Assembly (NCBI GenBank): GCA_043814965.1
Contig: JBDRJN010000023.1
Span: forward strand, 16,615-48,614
Direction: 5' to 3'
Source of the DNA: Candidatus Omnitrophota bacterium
GTDB taxonomy: Bacteria; Omnitrophota; Gorgyraeia; Gorgyraeales; Gorgyraeaceae
DNA: 32,000 bases
Within the stretch, counting starts at the first letter, position 1, and each line of letters begins with the position of its first letter. Below, in pieces: positions 25,499 through 32,000 of this stretch. The position numbers were made by a program, and so were the translations under genes. Under the pieces are notes generated by a model. It searched no databases and had not been told where the DNA came from. It saw only the letters and a list, made by a program, of their open reading frames with translations.

Positions 25499-25670
25499 AT
25501 AATCTATGAAAAGGAGAGGCTATCAAAAAGATAAGGACTTCATCAAAAGGAAGGAAATGTAAATTTCCAAGCTGCAGGCAGGCCTTAAGTATATATAATC
25601 ATGAATCTTTTTGTTTTGTTCATTTAAGACAACCTGATTGGAAACGGAACCCCAAGGAAGACGCAGTATT

Positions 25671-26921
25671 ATGCCAGACAAAGTAAACAACGCGGATGAT
25701 TTTAATCATGCGGCTAACCAGCCTGGCCAGGGTTTTTATGGCCTGGGCATAGCGCCAAAGATACTTGATATACTTGAAAATATAAAATTCAAGGTACCTA
25801 CGCCTATTCAGATAAAAGCTATTCCTATAGGCCTTCAGGGTAAAGACATCATAGGCATTGCTCAGACAGGGACAGGAAAGACCCATTCTTTCGCGATCCC
25901 CATGGTCCAGCGTTTAGCGCAAAAAAAAGGCATGGGCCTGATACTTGCTCCTACCAGGGAGTTGGCTATCCAGATCGACGAGGCTTTTCAGGCAATTGTA
26001 CGTCCGTTCGGTATGCGTACAGCGTGTCTTATCGGAGGCGCTCCTATGCATCCTCAGGAACAGGCGCTTCGTAAGAACCCCAGGATAGTGATAGCTACCC
26101 CAGGAAGGCTTATTGACCATATAAAGAGATGGAATGTCATAGTAGAAGAAGTGGTGATGCTGGTCCTTGATGAGGCTGACCGCATGCTTGATATGGGATT
26201 TAAGCCGCAGATAGAGCAGATCCTGCGTTTAATACCAAAAGAAAAACAGACCATGCTTTTTTCAGCAACTATCCCGGACGAGATCATGCAGATAACATCC
26301 AAATACATGAAACTTCCCGTATGCGTTGAGGTAGCGCCTTCAGGGACCACTGCTGAAAAAGTCACCCATGAATTATTTATAGTCAAGAAAGACGCCAAAC
26401 TGCGTCTTCTCGGAAAAATACTAGCGCAATATCAGGGTTCCATACTTTTATTCTCTCGTACAAAACATAATGCAAAAAGGATCGTGAGAGAGATCCGAAA
26501 CATGAAGCACACTGCCGCAGAGATACATTCAAACCGTTCTCTTGGCCAACGCCGTGAAGCGCTAGAGGGTTTTAAGTCGGGTAGATACAGGGTCCTTGTT
26601 GCTACTGATATAGCCTCCAGGGGTATCGATGTCAGCGGGATCGAACTTGTGATCAATTATGATCTTCCGGATGATGCGCAGAATTATGTACATAGGATCG
26701 GCCGTACAGGAAGGGCGGGCCAAAAAGGCCATGCGATCTCATTTGCCATGCCTGATCAAGGCCGAGATGTCAAAAGCATAGAAAAGCTTATCAGGATCTC
26801 ACTGCCTGTTTCAAAACACCATGAGATGTCTCAAGAACATTTTATACAAGCTCATCATAAATCCTCCGGTGTGTACCCAAGACACAATCGTAGGCAGCAC
26901 CATCGGCGCCCCAGGTCATAA
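25671..26921 (+). CDS. DEAD-box ATP-dependent RNA helicase
   Basis: Q motif (GFYGLGI...PTPIQ), motif I AQTGTGKT, Ia PTRELA, II DEAD, III SAT, V/VI (ARGIDV, HRIGRTGRAG) and a basic His/Arg-rich tail. I prefer ATG 25671 to the TTG at 25638. Confidence 0.9.
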   Translation: MPDKVNNADDFNHAANQPGQGFYGLGIAPKILDILENIKFKVPTPIQIKAIPIGLQGKDIIGIAQTGTGKTHSFAIPMVQRLAQKKGMGLILAPTRELAIQIDEAFQAIVRPFGMRTACLIGGAPMHPQEQALRKNPRIVIATPGRLIDHIKRWNVIVEEVVMLVLDEADRMLDMGFKPQIEQILRLIPKEKQTMLFSATIPDEIMQITSKYMKLPVCVEVAPSGTTAEKVTHELFIVKKDAKLRLLGKILAQYQGSILLFSRTKHNAKRIVREIRNMKHTAAEIHSNRSLGQRREALEGFKSGRYRVLVATDIASRGIDVSGIELVINYDLPDDAQNYVHRIGRTGRAGQKGHAISFAMPDQGRDVKSIEKLIRISLPVSKHHEMSQEHFIQAHHKSSGVYPRHNRRQHHRRPRS

Positions 26922-26942
26922 CCTATCAGAACCAACCCAAGG

Positions 26943-28397
26943 TTATAATCCATTTTCATCAATAAGCTTAAATAATATAGAAACTATTTTCTTGTCGATC
27001 CGTCCATTGTTTGCAAAATCCTGGAGGATCTCTTTGGCTTGTTCCATGGGAAGGGCTTTTCTATAGGGCCTGTCAGAGGTGATCGCTTCAAATATGTCAG
27101 AGATAGTCAGTATCCTTGTGATAGTCGAGATATCATCTCCTTTCAATCCGTCAGGATAACCTGATCCATCAAGTAGTTCATGGTGATGCCTTATAGGTTC
27201 AAGCAGATGCTGGAAATTTTTAAGAGGCTTTACTATGCTTTCTCCTACCTCAGGATGTTTTTTCATTATCTCTCTTTCTTCCGGCAGGAGCTTGCCTTCT
27301 TTATTGAGGATATTGTCAGCTATGCCTATCTTACCTACATCGTGGAGCCGCGCAGCGTATCTTAAAGTCTGCACGTCTTCTTTTGGTATGTTTAATTCCT
27401 CGGCGATCTTTATAGCGTATCTTTCTACTTTTTCTGAATGCCCTCTTGAATAATAATCCTTTGCTTCTACTGCCAATGCCAAGGCTGCCATGGTCTCAAA
27501 GTATGTCTTTTCTATATCGTTGTTTAGTTTGGCATTTTCGAATGATATAGCGATCTGAGAACTTAGATTCGCTAATATCTTGGTCTCATCTTCTGAAAAA
27601 TTGATGTCTTTTTTCTTACCGCTCAAGGCTATCGCGCCCCATACCTTGTCCCTGAATATAAGGGGCATACATACTAGGGGAGGGCTGAACAGTGTTTCTC
27701 TTTCATATTCATAGCCTTTTATCGTAGAAGGTATGAATAGAGGTTTTTTCTCGTTTATAGCAAAATTAATATAGTTCGATACAGCATCAAGTATCTCTTT
27801 TTTGGAAAGCCCTGTAAAGCCCATATACGCTTTTAACTCGGAATCCTTATCTTCTTTTAAGTATACTATGGCGCCTTTTTTTGTAGAGAGCGCATCCATA
27901 GTAGTCTCTAGTATCAACTGGATAAGTGAGTCAAAGCTTTCTACAGAGGTAAGGGCCTTGCCTACTTTTGAGAGCACTTCATGAAGCGTCTTTTTGGTCT
28001 CTTGCAGGTCTTCGATATTCTTTTGTAATTTAGATAGTATATCCCCAAATACTTTTGCCAGGTCGCCTACTTCACCATCATCCCTGGCGAAGTCCATGAT
28101 GATCTCCCTGTCTATTTTTTCAAATAGCTGTTTTTTGAGGTTCTCACTTAATAGATGGATCCTATAAAGAGCCTTCCTTATTACAAAAAAACTCAGGATC
28201 GTCCCCATGGATATCAATATGATTATCCATCTTGTATTTTCCTTGGAGATGGTTATTGTCGTTTCCGCCTCGTATTGAAAGTAGAGATACGCAAGAAAAA
28301 ATAAAGGGAGTATGGAAAATATTAAAAAATATAAGCTGAACCTCTTTAATATATAGCTAGATGAAGAAATAGGTTGTTTCTTTTCCATAATATGCAT
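26943..28397 (-). CDS. membrane-anchored HAMP-GAF-HD-GYP protein (putative c-di-GMP phosphodiesterase)
   Basis: 484 aa with two N-terminal TM helices, a HAMP-like linker and a GAF-like middle region. The C-terminal HD domain reads HSEKVERYA...LHDVGKIGI...HHELLDGSGYPDGL (HD-GYP signature). Confidence 0.9.
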   Translation of the reverse strand: MHIMEKKQPISSSSYILKRFSLYFLIFSILPLFFLAYLYFQYEAETTITISKENTRWIIILISMGTILSFFVIRKALYRIHLLSENLKKQLFEKIDREIIMDFARDDGEVGDLAKVFGDILSKLQKNIEDLQETKKTLHEVLSKVGKALTSVESFDSLIQLILETTMDALSTKKGAIVYLKEDKDSELKAYMGFTGLSKKEILDAVSNYINFAINEKKPLFIPSTIKGYEYERETLFSPPLVCMPLIFRDKVWGAIALSGKKKDINFSEDETKILANLSSQIAISFENAKLNNDIEKTYFETMAALALAVEAKDYYSRGHSEKVERYAIKIAEELNIPKEDVQTLRYAARLHDVGKIGIADNILNKEGKLLPEEREIMKKHPEVGESIVKPLKNFQHLLEPIRHHHELLDGSGYPDGLKGDDISTITRILTISDIFEAITSDRPYRKALPMEQAKEILQDFANNGRIDKKIVSILFKLIDENGL

Positions 28398-28454
28398 ATA
28401 TTATACCATAGATTTTGTTTTGGTCTAGCCTGAAAAATAATATATAGAATATCA

Positions 28455-28482
28455 TTGCTATTTTAGTTATATGTAATATAAT
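28455..28482 (+). promoter_or_regulatory. sigma70-like promoter upstream of the 179-aa hypothetical gene
   Basis: TTGCTA (28455-28460), a 16-nt spacer, then TATAAT (28477-28482). RBS AAGGAG lies 9 nt before ATG 28519. Confidence 0.4.
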
Positions 28483-28518
28483 GAGTTAAATAAAAATCTT
28501 TACAAGGAGCATGGCATA

Positions 28519-29058
28519 ATGAACTTACAGGATGCGTGGGAAAAGGCATTAAAGAACACCAGGATACTTCGTTCTCGCACTCAGGAACTAGCTACTTTTT
28601 CTGATACTGAACTGCCTTATGTATTTCTTTCAAAGGCGATCGTAAACAGGGGGGATACTATAGTAAGGAAAGGCAAGATACTGGTAGAAAAACCTTCTAT
28701 CGTGCTTCCTTCTAACCTTCCGCAGTTTGACGGCTTTGATTTTGAAAAGGAACTTGATTTCAGGCATGATACTATTATAAATTTCTTTTTAGTCAGAGGA
28801 GTGAGCTTTCCTTCCATGAAATACAACAACAAGACCTCGTCACTTGATATATTCGAAGGCCATATCGACAAGGCAATGGGGCATTATTCTGATCTATTGG
28901 AGAGAAAAGAAGATGTCAGTTCAGGACTGATAACAGGCCCTGAAGATTGCTGGCAGTTTTCAGTGATGCTTTTTGTCTGTATGCAGGTCGCTAGATCTGG
29001 AAATACTGACATAAAGAGGATCTTAGACAGGTTCAAAGGAAAAGATAATTCCCGCTGA
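28519..29058 (+). CDS. hypothetical protein
   Basis: 179-aa ORF with its own promoter-like element and RBS. Its codon composition resembles its neighbours. I recognise no family or motif. Confidence 0.6.
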   Translation: MNLQDAWEKALKNTRILRSRTQELATFSDTELPYVFLSKAIVNRGDTIVRKGKILVEKPSIVLPSNLPQFDGFDFEKELDFRHDTIINFFLVRGVSFPSMKYNNKTSSLDIFEGHIDKAMGHYSDLLERKEDVSSGLITGPEDCWQFSVMLFVCMQVARSGNTDIKRILDRFKGKDNSR

Positions 29059-29100
29059 TATTGCTTTCCTAATGTACTAATAATTTTTTGCATCAAACTT

Positions 29101-30126
29101 ATGGAAAAAATAGATATCAAATCTATTAGATTAAATAGCCTTAAAGAGGACTTGGGAAAGATAGGTTTTCCTTCATATAGGGCTTTTCAGATATTTGATT
29201 GGATATACAAAAAAGGCGTAAGTGAATTTAGCCAGATGGATAATCTGCCTGGTACTTTAAGGGAAAGATTAGACAGGGCTTATTATATATGCAATATAAT
29301 GCCTAAAGAACACCTGAAGTCTTATGACGGGACCGAGAAGGTATTATTTGAACTGCTGGATAGGAATCTCATCGAGACGGTCCTTATACGTTCTTTTAAT
29401 AGAAATACTATCTGCTTATCTACTCAGGTCGGGTGCAGGTTTAGATGCAGGTTTTGCGCAAGCGGAGAGAAGGGGTTTGTAAGGAACCTTTCATCATCGG
29501 AGATAATAGATCAGATATTGTTTTTTAACCACTATCTGGATCGTAAAATAGACAATTTCGTGTTCATGGGCATGGGTGAGCCTCTGGATAATTTCGGCAG
29601 CCTTTCAAAAGCTATCTTGATCATGAATTCTCCTTCTATGCTGGGCATCGGGGCTAGGAGGATAACAGTGTCTACTTGCGGAATAGTACCTGGCATAGAA
29701 AAGCTAAATGATATCAGCCTGCAGATAAACCTTTCTATTTCATTGCATGCATCAAATAATACACTCAGGGATGTATTGGTCCCTGTCAACAGGACGTATC
29801 CTATTGAAAAGCTTATAAAGGCCTGTAAGTTTTATCTAAAAGATTCAAACCGTAAGATCACTCTGGAGTATGTTGTGATAAAAGGAGAGAATGATTCACA
29901 GGAGGACATAAAAGGGCTTTCCAAGATAGCCAGGACCCTGAAAGCAAAGGTAAATCTGATACCATACAGTCCAGTCCCTGGAAAAAAATATATCGAACCT
30001 ACTGAAAAAGAGCTAGACCTTTGTAAGAGCGCTCTTGAAAATAGCAAGATCAGTGTAACTATAAGAGAATCTAAGGGTAAGGATATTTACGCTGCATGCG
30101 GCCAGCTGGCAATGAGGAAGTTATAA
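29101..30126 (+). CDS. rlmN: 23S rRNA/tRNA adenine-C2 methyltransferase RlmN (radical SAM)
   Basis: 341 aa. The segments FRAFQIFDWIYKKG, STQVGCRFRCRFCASG (CxxxCxxC), FMGMGEPLDN and the C-terminal ACGQL are typical of RlmN. Confidence 0.9.
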   Translation: MEKIDIKSIRLNSLKEDLGKIGFPSYRAFQIFDWIYKKGVSEFSQMDNLPGTLRERLDRAYYICNIMPKEHLKSYDGTEKVLFELLDRNLIETVLIRSFNRNTICLSTQVGCRFRCRFCASGEKGFVRNLSSSEIIDQILFFNHYLDRKIDNFVFMGMGEPLDNFGSLSKAILIMNSPSMLGIGARRITVSTCGIVPGIEKLNDISLQINLSISLHASNNTLRDVLVPVNRTYPIEKLIKACKFYLKDSNRKITLEYVVIKGENDSQEDIKGLSKIARTLKAKVNLIPYSPVPGKKYIEPTEKELDLCKSALENSKISVTIRESKGKDIYAACGQLAMRKL

Positions 30127-30240
30127 TCTGTTGAACAACTTATCGCTATATGGTAGTATAACTTTGAACCTTAAACTTTTAGACTTTCTTGTCCCGAGCA
30201 ACACTTGTTTACGTTAGGTTGTGAGGGATAAACTAAATTT

Positions 30241-30317
30241 GCCCCGATAGCTCAATTGGATAGAGTGGCTGGCTTCGAACCAGTAGGTCGCAGGTTCAAA
30301 TCCTGCTCGGGGCACCA
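30241..30317 (+). tRNA. tRNA-Arg (anticodon TCG)
   Basis: Cloverleaf: acceptor GCCCCGA/TCGGGGC, D stem GCTC/GAGT, anticodon stem GCTGG/CCAGT with loop CTTCGAA, T arm GCAGG-TTCAAAT-CCTGC, discriminator A. The CCA end is encoded. Confidence 0.9.
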
Positions 30318-30448
30318 ATTCTCTTTTGTGTCGTTTTTGGCAACTATGTCAAACGGCGAAGTGTAAGTAAATAAAAGCTTTCGGTCTTTTAAAACAAAAT
30401 TCGAACCCACGGTCTTTAAAAAATCACGCAAAGGCGGGGGATTTTCTT
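30314..30448. repeat. left arm of the inverted repeat (135 bp, starts at the ACCA end of tRNA-Arg)
   Basis: Base-by-base, 30314-30448 equals the reverse complement of 31866-32000 with no mismatch. The minus strand carries a silent copy of the recombinase C-terminal codons, preceded in frame by TAA (30447-30449). Confidence 0.95.
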
Positions 30449-30514
30449 ATTCCGACAAAGTCGGAATAAGAAAACATTTTTGAGATATATCAGGATCTCA
30501 AAAAAGTTTTATTT
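30449..30514. repeat. 66-bp double-hairpin module interrupting the left repeat arm
   Basis: This module is absent from the right arm. Hairpin 1 is ttcttattccgac-aaa-gtcggaataagaa (13-bp stem). Hairpin 2 is tttttgagat-atatcagg-atctcaaaaa (10-bp stem). Homology to the right arm resumes at 30515-30527 (gccaagcgacaga, the reverse complement of 31853-31865). Confidence 0.7.
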
Positions 30515-30526
30515 GCCAAGCGACAG

Positions 30527-30546
30527 ATTCCCGCTTTCGCGGGAAT
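30527..30546. promoter_or_regulatory. 20-bp perfect palindrome at the inner end of homology, just upstream of the recombinase RBS
   Basis: attcccgc-tttc-gcgggaat. It begins at the last homologous base (30527) and ends 5 nt before the RBS aaggaga (30552-30558). Its function is unknown; it could be a binding site or a hairpin. Confidence 0.4.
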
Positions 30547-30562
30547 GACATAAGGAGACACC

Positions 30563-32000
30563 ATGAATAAATATTTTATTTATGCTCGTAAGTCCACTGA
30601 TGAGGAAGATAGGCAGATACTCTCTTTAGATTCACAACTCCATGAACTCCGAGAGTTCGCCCAAAAGGAAAATTTAAGTATCGTTGAGGAGTTTGTCGAA
30701 GCTAAGACAGCTAAACAGCCCGGTAGACGATTCTTTAACTATATGCTTAAGCGCATAGAGATAGGCGATGCTGATGGAATACTTGCATGGCATCCGGACA
30801 GGCTTGCCCGAAATAGCGTAGATGGCGGTAAGATCATTTATCTTATTGATCAGAGCTTATTGAAAGACTTAAAATTTCCTACTTATCGCTTCGATGACTC
30901 TGCTCAAGGTAAGTTTATGCTTAATATCGCCTTTGGCCAGAGTAAATATTATATAGATAATTTATCTGAAAATGTGAAGCGTGGCATACGTGAGAAGTTA
31001 AGGCGTGGCGAATGGCCTGGATGGGCGCCTCTCGGATATATCAATGATTATAAGAATCGCACAGTCATTGTAGATGAGAATAAATCTATATTCGTAAAGA
31101 AGATCTTCGAAGTATTTGCCAAAGGCGATATATCTGTAGCAGAGTTATATAGACAAGTTACAGCGTGGGGCCTCTTAGGTAGGACAGGCAAGCCTGTCTC
31201 TCAATATGGCGTAGATGATATGCTAAGAAATCCCTTTTACTATGGCATGATAAGATATAAGGGCGAACTCTACGAAGGAAGCCACCCGCCGCTTATCTCT
31301 AAGAAACTTTTTGACGAAGTCCAGGAAGTCTTGCGAGGCAATATGCATCCACAGGTAAGGAACCGGATCAAGTTTGACTATGTAGGGCTTATGAGATGCG
31401 GTGAGTGCGGACGCATGATCACTGCCGAGAGCCATGGAGAATTTATTTATTACCGGTGTACAAAGAGGCGCGTAAAGTGCTCACAGAAGTTTCTTAGAGA
31501 TAGGGCTTTGCTTTCCCAAATTAAAGAATCTCTAAAGAAAGTCTACATTGATGATGATACAAAAAATAAAATCTTCAAAAGGTTAGATAGTTATGCCTTA
31601 AGAGAAAGCAAAGCCTCCATTTCTCTATCTGGCCAGATAACTAATAAGATAAGTGAGGCAGATTTAAAGATTGAGAAACTCATAGAATTATATATTTCAC
31701 AGGATATATCAGCTGAAGAATACCAGAATCTAAAGGCAAAACTACTCAATGAAAAGAAAGATTTACAGGAGAAATTGGGCCAGATAGAGAAATTAAGCGG
31801 CGGATGGCTCGAAATCGCCAAACGATTCGTAACTACCTGCAATGAAATTGGTTCTGTCGCTTGGCAAGAAAATCCCCCGCCTTTGCGTGATTTTTTAAAG
31901 ACCGTGGGTTCGAATTTTGTTTTAAAAGACCGAAAGCTTTTATTTACTTACACTTCGCCGTTTGACATAGTTGCCAAAAACGACACAAAAGAGAATTGGT
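30563..32000 (+). CDS. large serine recombinase (3' end runs past the window edge)
   Basis: RBS aaggaga, then ATG 30563. I hand-translated 479 codons and found no stop. The N-terminal resolvase domain reads KYFIYARKSTDEEDRQILSLDSQ...GILAWHPDRLARN. A recombinase domain follows (WAPLGYIND...GKPVSQYGVDDMLRNPFYYG), then a zinc ribbon (CGECGRMITAE...YYRCTKRRVKC) and a coiled coil. It is missing from the ORF track, presumably because it has no stop in the window. Confidence 0.9.
   Translation, partial: MNKYFIYARKSTDEEDRQILSLDSQLHELREFAQKENLSIVEEFVEAKTAKQPGRRFFNYMLKRIEIGDADGILAWHPDRLARNSVDGGKIIYLIDQSLLKDLKFPTYRFDDSAQGKFMLNIAFGQSKYYIDNLSENVKRGIREKLRRGEWPGWAPLGYINDYKNRTVIVDENKSIFVKKIFEVFAKGDISVAELYRQVTAWGLLGRTGKPVSQYGVDDMLRNPFYYGMIRYKGELYEGSHPPLISKKLFDEVQEVLRGNMHPQVRNRIKFDYVGLMRCGECGRMITAESHGEFIYYRCTKRRVKCSQKFLRDRALLSQIKESLKKVYIDDDTKNKIFKRLDSYALRESKASISLSGQITNKISEADLKIEKLIELYISQDISAEEYQNLKAKLLNEKKDLQEKLGQIEKLSGGWLEIAKRFVTTCNEIGSVAWQENPPPLRDFLKTVGSNFVLKDRKLLFTYTSPFDIVAKNDTKENW
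31853..32000. repeat. right arm of the inverted repeat (13 + 135 bp, inside the recombinase coding sequence, truncated by the window edge)
   Basis: 31866-32000 is the reverse complement of 30314-30448, and 31853-31865 is the reverse complement of 30515-30527. It covers recombinase codons 431-479 (SVAWQENPPPLRDFLKTVGSNFVLKDRKLLFTYTSPFDIVAKNDTKENW). Confidence 0.95.

Larger units (their letters stand above)
30314..32000. mobile_element. candidate invertible or integrative recombinase cassette attached to tRNA-Arg (right boundary beyond the window)
   Basis: A serine recombinase gene is enclosed by long perfect inverted repeats, one of which is fused to the tRNA 3' end. See the repeat and CDS entries below. 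Confidence 0.5.

Noticed and set aside
25507-25561. Mini-ORFs in the helicase leader: the 17-codon MKRRGYQKDKDFIKRKEM and a start-stop ATGTAA at 25556-25561 preceded by aaggaagga.
   Set aside because: The 17-codon ORF has no convincing RBS at proper spacing. The start-stop pair is too small to evaluate from sequence alone.
30395-30412. tRNA T-arm-like string (ttcgaaccc / gggttcgaat) inside the inverted repeat, and cccgagca at 30193-30200 resembling antisense tRNA-Arg.
   Set aside because: No complementary T-stem or cloverleaf can be drawn. The first string is explained by coding sequence (TVGSNF). The second is an 8-nt match compatible with chance.
31223-31842. Minus-strand ORFs 31223-31435 and 31591-31842 from the track.
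   Set aside because: They are antisense to a 479-codon recombinase ORF with clear catalytic and zinc-ribbon motifs. They have no RBS and no recognisable content.
30314-32000. The inverted repeat as a pure fold-back assembly or MDA chimera.
   Set aside because: Not fully rejected; it is kept as an alternative in the finding. I rank it lower because the left arm carries a 66-bp insertion followed by 13 more bp of homology, which a simple fold-back would not produce. The recombinase ORF is also intact through the right arm. Read-level data are needed to decide.
1-32000. CRISPR arrays, rRNA genes, toxin-antitoxin pairs and known defence-system genes.
   Set aside because: I scanned the intergenic regions and small ORFs on both strands. 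I saw no regularly spaced direct repeats and no matching gene signatures.

Overview
This looks like a low-GC bacterial chromosome segment, probably from an uncultivated lineage; I cannot assign taxonomy from sequence alone. Genes are densely packed and mostly on the + strand.

Gene order, left to right:
- Housekeeping block: aroK (3' part), dprA, topA, xerC-like, queC, queE, a two-subunit class I Fe-S hydro-lyase (fumarase/tartrate dehydratase type), rph, rdgB.
- tRNA-Pro(TGG).
- An approximately 7.8-kb type IV pilus cluster: pilB, pilC, major pilin, pilM, pilN, pilO, a PilP-like gene, two prepilin-type minor pilins and a PilX-like gene.
- tRNA-Arg(TCT), one membrane-anchored hypothetical gene, tRNA-His(GTG).
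- A translationally coupled arsenic-resistance operon: DUF134 regulator, COG0701/ArsP-like permease, ArsM, small thioredoxin-like protein, ArsF-like, ArsG/CcdA-like, Acr3, and what looks like an 11-codon arsC stub.
- Two sub-threshold small ORFs on the minus strand, one carrying a CxxC-x17-CxxC zinc-ribbon motif.
- ygiQ, a DEAD-box helicase, a minus-strand HAMP-GAF-HD-GYP protein, a hypothetical gene, rlmN, tRNA-Arg(TCG).

The most unusual structure is at the right end.
- A large serine recombinase ORF starts at 30563 and is still open at 32000. It is absent from the supplied ORF track.
- It is enclosed by a perfect inverted repeat of at least 135 bp (30314-30448 versus 31866-32000).
- The right arm is the recombinase's own 3' coding end. 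The left arm begins at the ACCA end of tRNA-Arg.
- The left arm is interrupted by a 66-bp double-hairpin module, after which 13 more bp of homology follow.

I found no CRISPR array, rRNA gene or recognisable defence system.
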